The position numbers and the translations under genes are program-made. Source: Hypanus sabinus (Eukaryota). From it: a stretch of DNA of 64,000 bases. Location of the stretch: the NCBI RefSeq assembly GCF_030144855.1, contig NC_082731.1:25420001-25484000 (forward strand), given 5' to 3'. The notes beneath the pieces are model-generated. The model made no database searches. It was not told where the DNA came from and saw only the letters and a program-made list of their open reading frames with translations. The first letter of the stretch is position 1; every line of letters starts with the position of its first letter. Positions 35,421-47,869 of the stretch are shown here, one piece after another.

Positions 35421-37149
35421 TCGAATGTTAGCTGTACCATTCAATTTAACAAATATTCATGTTTCTGCGTCAACCTGGGTTGATAAACAGGCACACACTT
35501 CGGTCCTTAGCCTTATTGCAGACTTCGGGGGCACGATATGCGCCCGGACTCTTTAAGTCGGTTAGGTCCACTAAGGGTGCTGCGTGGAACCGTTCAGCCA
35601 TATCATCATAACGAAATAAATTTCAGTCAGGAACTAGTTCTCTTTTACTACTGATAAGAATATTTAGATCGTGATTTTTTGTTAGAGAACGGACGGCAGA
35701 AAAATATATTGCAGATAACGACGAGATTAGTTCAGCTGTCCTGAAATTAACTAGTGAGCTGAAATATTTATTTATATATTTACACATCTATTTATTTATT
35801 TGCTGGTGTGTCTATTTACTTACTTATTTACATATTTCTTTGTTGTGACACAGCACGGAGTGTACTCTTCCTGCCCTTCGAGCCGTTAAGCCCTGTAACC
35901 CCCGGTGAAACCCTGACCTTTTTCATCACCAATTAATCTACCAACTGCTACAGCTGTGAACTGGCCCGCCCAGTGGAAACCCACACGGCCCCGGGGAGAA
36001 AGGAAAATTTCCTTAAAAGGAACAGTAAAATTGAACCAGAGTGTCCGGTACTGTAAGACCAAGGGTTAATCACAACACTACTGTGCCTCGTCACCTGTGC
36101 ATTTGCTAAAGTCCCCGAACGTTGTGGCTAGAGTGCAGGTGAGCAGAGTTGTGTACACATCGGAAAACTGCGTCATGGTATCAAGATATATAATGCATAG
36201 CGCAATTACTGCAAAGCACAGGAACACTTCCGATTAATATGTAATCTGCAGAAGACCGTCAACAAAAGCTGTTAATGAAAGAACTATGACGAGTCCAGGA
36301 TACATCTTACCCTCCCGTTGTTCTGGGAGATAAAGGCTGCAATACCTTGGACTCTGAGGCAGAAAATTCCCATCCTGATATTAATCTTTTTCAAACGTTG
36401 TAAAAAAATATCACAGTGCAAAATGCATGTGATAAAGTTGTGAGAAAAAAAAATCCTTTGTTGACATAAAGTGTGTCTTTGGAACACTTTCATTTATTAG
36501 TTGCTGCATTATTCCCCAGTCGGTAGAATTTCTGCTTTGATATTCCATTGATAATTCAACCCTATCCTCCAAACTTACAGTTTGTATCTACACTCTTCCT
36601 AATGGTTTGTTTTGCGCACGCTTTGCGAAAACTTACGGAAGAAGGGTTTAAGCAACATCAGTAATTTAACCCGTTTGCTAAATCTATGAGGAGACATGTC
36701 AGAATCAAATGAAATAAGTCTAGTATAATGTTAGTGTACTAATAAAGTAAATGAGAAAGGCGTTTCGCAATATTGCAAATGAGGAAGGAGAAGTAATGGA
36801 AAATATAATGATAGAACAAGAATGAGAGACAGAAGGCGATAACGAAAATATTACAAGAACATTAAGTTATTTTTAATTGTTCTTAAACACATGAAGTAAA
36901 AAAAAAAGAAGGAGCTCATGCGATTATGCCGAACTCCTCACATAGAACCCATATATTATTCTCAGCTTTCCGTTTCAGTCACACTTGTAGAAGAGGTCTC
37001 TGTAAAGCAGTATGGTGGACAACGGTTGCTAGGCTGACCGACTTATTGCTGCGACAATTAAAATAATTAGCCGGTGGAGAGATCATTATATATATTTGCA
37101 AATTTTACAAAGCCGAACAGCTAATCCTGTTGCCGTGGGTGTAAAACAG

Positions 37150-40100
37150 TAACCAGTTTAAGACCGCAAAAGACAAGGTAGAATATTAATCGGGAGTAGT
37201 AATATTATTTTTTTTTCTTCTCTTATATAGATTTTTTTTTCGTTACAGGGGAGCTGGGGGAGCTTCTGATCGATTGCTATGGGAATCACATGTGTAATTA
37301 TGGCGATTGCCATGATCCCTAAAACGGAGGGAGGTAATGCTGTGATTGTTTCCATTCACAGCATTATTAGGGGGGTATTTTGTTATCTTTTTCTTTATAA
37401 TTTATCTTTTTTTTCTATTTTTGTTTCTTTGCCTGGATGATTGGGTGGGTGAGCCAACATAGCAACATAGAGGATTTCTAGGAAATTCCCCAGGGTACCA
37501 TGAGAGCTGAGATATTATGTACTGATGTAGATTGGAGGAATCTTGTTAACAATAACGATTAATTTTCTGATTTTTTAAAATGTTAATGTTAATAGGCTGA
37601 ATGGACCTAGGAAAAGAAAAAGAGTTCTAACAAACATTAAGAAAATGAAAGAAGATATAGCCTTTTTGCAGGAAAGACATTCAACAGAGATAGAACATCT
37701 GAAGTTAAATTGAGATTGGATGGGGAATGGTATTGCAGCATCATGCAATTCCAAGGGGAGAGGAGTCGCAATTTTGGTTAATGAAACCTTACCAATTAAA
37801 GTACAAAATATATTTATTAATTCCGGGCGGAGATACGTGATTATACATTGGCAATTTTTTTCGGAATTATGGACTCGTATGAATATGTATGCACCAAATG
37901 AAAATGATGCAAAATTTATACAATAAGCTTTTTTGAATTTGGCCGACACACATGCTAAAGCATTAATAGGTGGAGATTTTAACTTGGCTCTACATCCAGT
38001 TTTAGATAGATCGACTAAGGCAATTACAAAATCAAAAGTAGTAAAACTAGCTTCATCATTGATGAAAGATTTAAATTTGATTGATATATGGAGAGGAATT
38101 AATCCAAGCGAAAGAGATTGTTCATTTTATTCAAACAGACGTAAAACCTATTCAAGAATAGATTTTTTTCAATAATTAGCGAATATTCAGGATAGAGTAA
38201 AAAATATGGAATATGAAGAGAAAATACTGTCAGATCTTTCCCCTTTGATAAGGACAATGATGATGATGGATACGGAAGAATTGATTTACAGATGGAGATT
38301 TAATTCAATATTATTAAAACGACAAGATTTCTGTGATGTGATGGAAAAACAGATTCAATTGTTTGGATACAAACTCATATTCAGTTGATGATTAATTTAT
38401 AATATGGGAAGAGATGAAAACATAATTGAGGGACCCGTTAATAAGTTATACTTCTAAAATTAAGAAGGAATATATGGCAGAAATGGATCAATCGGAAAAA
38501 GAGACTGTAAAATTAGAAAAAGAATGTCAAAGATATACGACAGAAGAACAAACGAAGACAACTTGTCAATAAGAACTTACAATATAATACGCTCCAGACA
38601 TATCGAACAGAAAAAACAATTATGAGAACTAAGCAGAGATATTATGAATTAGGTGAAAGATCACACAGAATTCTAGCTAGCCAGTTGAAAACAGAGCAGG
38701 TTTCCTAAACGATAAATGCAATTAGAACAAGTGCAAATAAAATTACTCATAAACCTTTAGAAATTAATGAAACCTTAAAACATTTTTACTCTGTATTATA
38801 TCAATCTGAATCACAAAATGATGTTGTGGAGATAGAAAGATTTCTATCACAAATACCTCTTCCAAATTGAATTCGGAAGAACAGAAGTGATTAAATATGC
38901 GTTTTTCATTAAAAAATGTCGAAGAAGCCCAAGGATCCCTTCAGAATAATCAATCTCCAGGAGAGGATGGTTTTCCACCTGACTTTTATGAAAGGTTTAA
39001 AGATTTAATAATTCCTCCTTTTATGGAGTTAAAACATTAAGCGGAAAGAACACATAATCTTCCAGAATCTTTTTCGACAATGTTTCTAACAGTATTGCCA
39101 AAAAAAGGTTAGAGATTCATTGAAACGAACATCATATAGGTCTATTTCTTTGTTGAATACGGACGGTAAAGTAATAGCAAAAAAAAATATCTAATAGATT
39201 ATCTAAATATTAATCCATTTGCTGAAGATGTTCTGATTTATTTAACAAACTCATTGCATTCATTGCATAAATTATCTTTCGGGTTGGAAGAATATGGGAA
39301 AATATCAGGGTGTAAATAAATTGGGATAAAAGAGAAATTCTACCCCTTACTAAAGGAGATTATCGTCAATGGCGACTAGTAATGCAATTTAGATGGCTGA
39401 TAAATGGTATAAAATATTCAGGTATAAGAGTTGATAAAGATATAAAGAAATTATATAAATTAAATAATTTGCCATTATTGAAAAAAAAATCAAGGAGATC
39501 TTGATAAATCGATGATGTTACCAAGAACATTAGTAGGTAGAGACAATGCTGTAAAGATGAATATATTTCCTAGATTACAGTATTTGCTCCAAACACTACC
39601 AATGCGACTGCAGCAAAGTATTTTTTTCAACGGTTGAATAAAGGTGTGAGGAAGTTTGTTTGGAAAGGTAAGATGTCTAGAATGTCGTTGGAAAAATTGA
39701 CATGTAACTTTGACCTAGGAGGGCTACAACTCCCAAATTTTAAGTATTATTATAAAGCAAATCAACTTAAATTTATTGCATCATTTTTGATCAAGATAAA
39801 CTGGCATAGATTAGAATAGAGTTAGATATGACAGAAAAAAACTACCACAAGATTTTATAGAAAAATGGGAATCTAAATGGATACCGGAAAGAAAAAAAAC
39901 CGTTATATAAAAACATTTGATTGATTTATGGAACACGAGAAATGTTGATGATAGATAAAGACATCTTTATTTGCAATGAGACCTCTAATTCAAAATAGAC
40001 TCATTCCTTTTACAATGGATAACCAACATTTATATTACTGTTTTCAAAAATAGATTAGATATATGGGAGAGTGTTTTGAAGTAGGTATATCGATGTCGTT

Positions 40101-41120
40101 TGATCAATTAAAGAATAAATATAAAATATCAAATGACACTATTTTCTGTTACTTTCAATTAAAGGCCTATTTTACAGATAAACTGGGTCAAAAATGTTAA
40201 TGTCAAAACCTAACGAAATAGAAACATTAATTCAAAAACGATTTTTTTTTAAATTACGTCTTGTATGTATAATTTGATTCAAAAACAGACAATTAAACCT
40301 GGAATTCATAAGTCAAGACAAAAATGGGAAACTGATTTGAATATTAAAATTGCTTAAACAATTTGGTCAATGCTATGTCTTGCTAATATAACAAATACAA
40401 TAAATGTCCGACTTATATTAGTACGACACACCTTTTTTACATCAATTATATATTACAGCAGAAAAAATACATAGATTAAATCTAAATTTATCTGATCAAT
40501 GTTTTCGATGTAATCAATATATTGTTAATTTTTTACACTCTACTTGGCCCTGTGCTAAAATTCAACGTTCTTTGATAAATGTAAGTGTTTTATTGGAACA
40601 AATTATCGGAACGCAACTTCCACATAACGCAATATTCTTTTTATTAGGTGATATTGAAGAGATAAAACGGAAACTTAAATTGAACATATATCAGAAAGAA
40701 TTTATAAAAATTGCATTGACGTTAGCCAAAAACCGAATTACAGTTACTTGGAAATCGGATTCACACATAAGTATGTATCGTTGGAATAATGAAACTTTTA
40801 GCTGCATTCCACTTGAAAAAATACATATAATTTAAGAAATAAATAGGACATATTCTGAAAAATACTTACAAAAGATAGGATTAAATAAATAGGTGCACCG
40901 ACGATAAAGTTATTAGTTATTTGGAGGGAAAGAAACAAATATATACAATAAAGCTATTTTGAATTCCATGGAGCAATGTGGGGATTTTCGGATAGGATAT
41001 CCAGCCAATCTTTCTTTCTTTCCTTCTTTCTTTTTTAGATAGGGATGTTAAGTGGGAGAGGGGATGGATTCTATCATTATTCTACTATTCTATTTCATGA
41101 AATTATCTTAAAATCAAATT
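37150..41120 (+). mobile_element. L1 LINE, 5'-truncated, ORF2 with many stops and frameshifts
   Basis: NVNRLNG...DIAFLQE.H (about 37585-37680), MYAPN, IGGDFN, YSRIDFF, SPGEDGFP, SYRSISLLNTD and LGGLQLPNFKYYY. Part of the RT core appears deleted near 39210. Confidence 0.9.
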
Positions 41121-41129
41121 AAAATAAAG

Positions 41130-42110
41130 ACAAAGCTGTGTATTTTATCTACTTGGACTTTAGCAACGCGTTTGAAAACGTTTCATAGAGAAGACTGCTC
41201 AAGATGTAATTGCTTTGCATTCAAGATGAGATAGTCATTTGGATTAGATTTTAGCTTTATGAGAGAAACGGAAACAGGTGTTCCTCTTAAAGGAGGCCGT
41301 GGGCAAGTGGATTACTGCATGAATCGGTGCTTGGTCTGTTATTGTTTGTCATCTAGATAATGATATGAATGATTACGTGGTCAACCTGATCCGTAAATTC
41401 GCGGATAACTCTAAAAATAATGATTATCAGAGCTTGCAACCGGATCCGGACTAGCTGAAAAAGAAGAGTTGAAAATGACAGTGCGAATTTAATACTGAAC
41501 GGCGCGGCAATTACACTCTGAAAGGTATGCCACTGTTGAGTGTAGTGCACGAAGGGATCAGAGACAAGAGGTCCATAATTTCCTGAATGTTGCATCACAG
41601 GTGATGCAATGTTATGGTGCATTTGTATAGGACGTATCTGAGGCCTAATTTGAAGTCATCAGAGTAGTTCCGGATACCCACCTAGATCAGAGATGTAAAG
41701 GAAGTTGAATGAGTACACCAAAGCGTTCCAAGGTTATTTCAGGGCTGGATTACCAGAGTTAATTGAACCGAATGAATTGGTAAGGACTTAAATGCTTTTA
41801 ACGTAGAAGAGAGTGGTATGCAAAATTGTGAGTGGTATCGATAGGTGAATGTAAACAGGATTTTCACTGACGCTGGGTGGGTTTATAACTACAGGTCATG
41901 TGTTAAAGGTGAAAGACGATATGTCTAACGGAAACAGGAGGGGAAAAATCCTACTCAGGGTGTCGGCTCGGTGTGCATCGATCTACCAGCGGAAGTGTTG
42001 ATGCCTGCTCGGTTTCCACGTTTAACAGAACATTGAAAGGGAGCATGAAGGACAAGGTTTCAGAGGATTCTGGTGAGGGTGCGTCAATGCGAGTGTACAA
42101 TTTAAATGTT
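41130..42110 (+). mobile_element. CR1 LINE RT and 3' fragment, heavily decayed
   Basis: YLDFSNAFENV and LIRKFADNSK, plus CR1-type 3' sequence. Confidence 0.72.
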
Positions 42111-43349
42111 TCGACATGCATTAGGTAGGCTGAATGACCTGCTTTGGTGTTTTATTTTTCTCTGACATTATTCTTGATGGATTGAAAGCAATATTTTACA
42201 TTCATTTGGCTGACGTGGACCAACTCTAAGACCGTTGCAGCTGCAACTACACCATCGCCCGGTCATCTCGGCTTTGAGAAATATTTTATTATTTTACATT
42301 CCCATGCGTCTTTTTAATTCTTTGTTCACCCAGTCTGCACATTCATTGTTGTTCTGATTACGTTCCCTTTCCTGTTTTCAAAATGGAAGACAGATCCTTA
42401 CGTTTATCCATTCAAAATTCAATACATTTTCTATGTTCTGTACTCTCGAGTGTTATTATCTGCTGAACTATAACTTCGCCGGAGGTGGGAGCCGACTAAT
42501 GCCATTTCCCCAGGTAAATTACGTTGGCGATACCGAGACTATATAATGTAACTTTCAGATCTGAAGGTTCCGATTTGCTGGTTGTCAGAATTATTCATCT
42601 ATGATGTTGTACTCTCATCTCGGAAAAATTGGTCCCTTCCCGAAATTGTGTACAATTCTCTTTCTTTCACGTATGGTATCATCATGCTGCTTTTTCAAAC
42701 ACTGCTGTACATTTCTGAAAATGAGCACGTTTTCCAATGTTATCATTCTATTATGAGCGTTAGTCCGTAAGTTTAACATTAATTTCCGTCTTCATCTTTT
42801 TATTGTTAGCTTTCCAACTTAGTACTGAATACAACCCTCGAACGTTTGATTAAGTACATATTTGGGCAGATTGTGTGACACATCCTTAGACGCTTTGGAC
42901 TTGGCAGAAAGTGGTGGTGTGAAAATACAGTGTAGCTATAGAACACGTTTCACCAATCCTTGCCAATTTTGATAGCAACAGCTAAATAATCGGCCCCTGC
43001 TCTTTCTAATATATCGGAATATCAGTGGAAGAAAAAAATGTGGGTTTTCCAAGGGGAAGGTTCAAGGTGGGACAAATTAACCCTAGAAAGAATATACAAT
43101 TAACGAACCAGGACCCTGGGTTTGTATTTCTGAGCTACCACATTCATCTTTTGATGTACTAAAACTCAAAGAGAAAGCAGAATTCGCTAGCAATCCCTAT
43201 AGTTCAAAACACCTCAGTTTCATCAATTGTTCACATTACTAAAAACAGTTCGTTTTTAGCAAATCCCACACCACAACCACGTTGCTATTACACCCCTGGT
43301 AGCTCCATAGTCATCGACGGGCTGCCGTGCTGAGTATTCCATTTTGCCA

Positions 43350-44620
43350 ATGAAACTGAGAGACGAATTGTATTTCCCTACTCCTGGAACGTTCTGCCGG
43401 AGAAAGAAAATAAACGCATCTCGTCGTTGAGCTGCGTCGTTTCTTTTACCATTATACCTCGAAGGAAAAAATTGAAGAGGCTCTTTGCTGAAGTTCCTTG
43501 TGGGCCAATTGCCCATTCAGCTCTGGACAATGTCATGCTCTTTAGTCGTGCTTGTCGAATCATGTTCTCACTTGAAATTCCCTAATTCTGTCGTTAATTG
43601 GGGAGGGCATTCCGCTGAGTCGATAGTGTTAGTTTTTATTTTTTTTATTTTTTGCTGCTGCCCGCGTTGTTCTCGTGAGAACGTATACGTCCTGCTGTCA
43701 AGGTAAACAGAGGCCCATCATCTTTCTGCTGGCCTGCCTGTTCGCTGTCGTTTTCACTATTTGTTAGTGTACAATGCACAGAAACGGACGGCAAAGGCAA
43801 TTGAGTGGTCGTTCTCTATAATAGCAGTCAAGAATTGCAGAGGCATACTCTGGGTAGGATGGAATTTTTCCAAATACCACAAAAGGTACATCCTCTGCAC
43901 AGCCATTTTGCTAATAACGGAGAGACAGATCACCCACGTGAGGCCCTATGAAATAATAATACCTAAGAATCTATATGTTGAAATTGTGTTATCTGTAGAG
44001 TATTTGATGTTGATTGAGAGTAGGACAGAGAGAATTCTGTTCAAATTGTTATGTATTTTCACAGTTTTGACTTCATTCCGCTTCATGTTGTTGGGAGTGC
44101 ACCAGGACACGGGGATTCTTTACTTACTGGTAGCACTTATAATTGGAAATCTCGAGTGTGAATCCAATGTCACGCATGCCGGCTACAAACGTTATCATTT
44201 TAACTGCTCTGTCTCGGAATGCTCTCATGGACGTATGGAGAAAATAGCGGAGGGGTGACAACAAATGATCGTCGCCCAGTATTAACAAATGAGCGGAATG
44301 TGCACATGTCTGTATCCAGTCACACTTTCTGCACCCATCTGAAACGATGTTTTGGATCAATTTGCGGATAGGACCCGGTACTATATTTACGGAGCACTTC
44401 TCTTACAGGAGTTCAGGGAATAATGCATCGAAGATTGAACTGAAATCCGAATGGGAAGTTCTGACGTTTATAGCAGTGGAGACGGTATGCTGTAGTATGA
44501 CGTACATACCAGCGTCAACTGTGTTATTTGCATATCTGCTAGATCTGTCGGCGACATGCTGAAGTGGTGAAAAATAGCAAGTTCATGTTTTCAGGTAGAA
44601 TTGCTAATAGCGCCGATTAT
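43350..44620 (-). mobile_element. Ancient Rex1/Babar-type LINE RT C-terminal fragment
   Basis: The reverse strand gives WCTPNNMKRNEVKT...YRFLGIIIS*GLTW and VQRMYLLWYLEKF...QFLTAIIEN. Confidence 0.72.
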
Positions 44621-44669
44621 AACAACAATAGCGGCCCGAGCGGCTTTAGTTGACTCCGGGAATCGTACG

Positions 44670-45545
44670 ACCATAAGATATAAGAGCAGATGCAAGCCAT
44701 TCGACCCAATAATTCTGCTCCGCCATTCAATTATGGCTTCTTCCAATTCCTCCTGTCTTCCCTACTCCAATGCCTCCACACTTTACCCTTGGATGCCCTG
44801 GCTAATCAGAAACCAATCAATCTCTGCCTTAAATACACCCAATAACTTGGCCTCCACAGCCGCTCGTGGAAACAAATTCCATAGAGTTACTATACTCCAA
44901 CTAAAGTAATTTCACCCCAGCTCAGCTCTAAATGGACGTCCGTCAATCCTGAAGTCGTGTTCTCTTGTCCTCGAGTACCCTGCCATGGGAAATAACTCTG
45001 CTGTATCTAATCTGTTCAGGCCTTTTACCATTCGGAATGTTTCTATGAGCACCAACCACCCCCCCCCCCCCGCCCCCGTCCTCATTCTCCTGAATTCCAT
45101 GGAATACAGCACAAGAGATCCTAGACGTTCCTCATAAGGTATCCCTTTAACTCCAGGAAACATTCTTGTGATTCTTCTCTGATACTTTTCCAATGTCAGT
45201 ATATCCTTTCTAAAATAAGGAGCCGAAAATGCACACAATACTCCGTGTAGTCTCACGAGCGCCTTACAAATTCTCACCATCACATCACTTTTATTATATT
45301 CTACACCCTTAGAAATCAATGCAAATGTTGCATTCGCCGTCTTCAGAACTGTCTCAACCTGGTGGTTAACCTTTAGGGTATCTTGCACAATTAATCCAAA
45401 GTCCCTTCCTATCTCTGCATCTTGAATTTTCTTCCCTTCTAAATAATAGTATTCCCATTTATTTATTCCTCCAACGTACAATAGCACACACTTTTCAGCA
45501 TTATGTTTCATTTGCCAACTCTTTGCCCGTTCCCATAAACTAACT
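44670..45545 (-). mobile_element. CR1 LINE 3' fragment
   Basis: ORF 44912-45511 (HNAEKC...KDILTLEKYQRRITRMFPG...YEERL). The tail cataagatataag is at 44672. Confidence 0.88.
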
Positions 45546-45572
45546 ATGTGTATGGCTGTCAGTCCCAGTAAC

Positions 45573-46560
45573 TGTAGTGTTACCTACTCAGGCGAATAAA
45601 ATGAGTTTCTCTATTGTTATAATGAACTGCCTTCTCCGTAATGCTTCTTAATGAATTGGTTTCTGTACCTGAACTGTTTGGGTAAATAACTGCAGATAAC
45701 AGTAGAACTAACCAACGTAGAATTGTTATGCTATCTTGTACCTGTGAGCTGAGCGGGAATTCACGGTGTTTTTCAGGAGGCGAGTTGGTGGACGGACGTG
45801 TGAAGAGCGGACAGCGGTTTCATGCCGACGGATACTGGACATCGGCGTTTCGGACGGTGGCCAAAATCTCGGAAGTTCGTTGTTGATGGAACCAGTGGCG
45901 TGAACTCCAACGTATTAAAAAGCAATGTGCACAAAATGATAAACTTACTGATTTGGCGCGTTTTGGTTATCTGTTTCTACTAAGCTATCATTAAGAAATA
46001 ACTATAAAGTTGCAATTATTTACTCGCCTTTGGCGTATTGTCTGCTATTTGTGTGGCGAGCATGTGTTGTGGGGGGGGGGGGGTTCGGAATACACGAATT
46101 TACACCGCATTATTGCCCTATTGGCGGGGCGACAGCGGTTCATCCAAGGTGAACAGGGGTAAATTGGGGGCATGGATGCTACATTAATAGGCTTCCTCGT
46201 CTGGGATTTGAACTTGTCAGATACGGTGTAATTCGTCCCCGTTTATACGACGGGAGATGGATTCGGATAAGGTTGAACGCTGGTGTGAGATCGATTAATC
46301 ATACCTGCGTATTGCTCAGGGTACGACCGCAACAGGGCAAAGCAGACGATGGTGCCGACATGGGCTACATCGGGGATTGGGAAGATCATGTTGTCGTCGG
46401 ATCACAAAACATGGTGCTTGTTTAAAGCCTACGGGACGGTTTTTAGAGCAGCCTGTGTTGGAGTCTATTCGGGAAAATGTCAGTCTTAGATTGCGTGCTG
46501 TGTACTAGCACAAATCCTATTATGAAGTTAAACTTAAAAGACCCCTTGGGAGATCTTGCT
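45573..46560 (+). mobile_element. Gypsy-type LTR retrotransposon 5' fragment (LTR about 45573-46163, tRNA-Pro PBS, gag start)
   Basis: TGTAGTG start. The PBS is complementary to the tRNA-Pro 3' end: TGGGGGC (46165-46171) and TCGTCTGGGATTTGAAC (46197-46213). ATG 46257 gives MDSDKVERWCE, followed after a frameshift by NHTCVLL. Confidence 0.6.
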
Positions 46561-46739
46561 CATAATAAGATTTGAGAGAGGTAATCATAAGACACAGGCA
46601 CCTGTATCCGAACGGTGAAATGGAGTTACAGAGGCATGACAGAGGAGCTTGCCCATGTGTATTGGAAGAGGATACTGGCGGAGATGACGGCAGAGAAGGG
46701 ATGGCTGAAGATTCTGGCAATAGTTCACGAGGCACCATA

Positions 46740-47862
46740 TGTCATAAGTTGGGCGTTGGGAAGGACCCAAATGCAAGAAACAGACACTGAAGAACCACGG
46801 AGAGGACTAGGTTTATCAAGAAAGCAAGGGCAGTGGGGAAGAAACGACACTGGACAAAACACAGGCCCTGGAGACACGGAGACACGGCATGGGTTAGACT
46901 AGAGTAGGAAAGTGGGACCTGGACGAGGAAGTAGGAATTACGAACGAGACCCTAGGAACCTGGACAGGGACTCAGAGCCAGAGACTGAACAGGGATCCGG
47001 AACCTGGGTCTTGACTCGGGCTCGGACTCTGGATCCAGCCGAGGATTTGACATGGAAAGGCAACAGGACTGGACGTCGGTGCAGGATGCGTTTCTCCAGC
47101 GCTGGACGAGGACATGAAGCTCAAACTTGGTCTTGATCGAGGGAGATCCGGAACGCAGAGCTTAGGTCGAGGGAGAGAATGAACGCAAAGGCTAGTTCGA
47201 CAGAGACAAGCAGAAGCAGGGAGAGGCGTAGTTGGACACGAACACGAGCCATTGACGAGACCAGAACTCAGGACGTAGGCTGCGACTTGGACTTGGAGAC
47301 TGACTGGAACCTCCTCAGAGCCTTAGACACGGACTGGAAGCTCCTCGGAGCCCTGGAAATGGACCGGAACCTCCTCGGAGCCTTGGACACGCCAAGGCTT
47401 CAGGCGTGGGTATCTCGCAAGGCTTCAGGCGTGAGTAGCAGGCAAGGATAATAGGCATAAGTTGCAGGCAGGGCTTCAGAGGGAAGAGTCCAGCCTGGGG
47501 GTAAATCAAAGACGGCCTGACTTACCCAACGGAGACAAGCACAGAAAGGGACTTATCCCACCGTAGGATATCGGCAAAGGACGGCTTGATCTACCCCACG
47601 GAGGCAAGGACAGGAAGGCACAGGTCCCACCATTGGGTAACGGCAAGAACGGCCTGACTTGCCCCACAGAGGCAACGACCTGATACAGACGAGACGAACC
47701 AGCCACTCGAACCAAGGGCCACCTCTATTCCAGGCCTCATATGAGAGTCAGGTGCTGTGATTTAGCCCAACTGAATCAACGGAGAGCAAGTCAATGCGGA
47801 TTCTGGCGTACACGGACTGGACCGTAAACCGGAACGCGGATTTTACGGACCAGAGCATGACC
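46740..47862 (-). mobile_element. Solo LTR, same family as 7575-9672
   Basis: The reverse complement starts TCATGCTCTGGTCCGTAAAATCCGCGTTCCGG and ends CCCAACGCCCAACTTATGACA, matching both ends of the 7575 LTR. No clean TSD. Confidence 0.8.
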
Positions 47863-47869
47863 CAGGAAA

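Noticed and set aside
36412-36450. CACAGTG-23-GAGAAAAAA as the RSS of a V pseudogene
   Set aside because: The nonamer is poor and there is no V-like sequence (no YxC or WYxQ) upstream.
43761-44258. 165-aa hydrophobic + strand ORF resembling a membrane protein
   Set aside because: It is the antisense shadow of a decayed Rex1-type RT on the minus strand.
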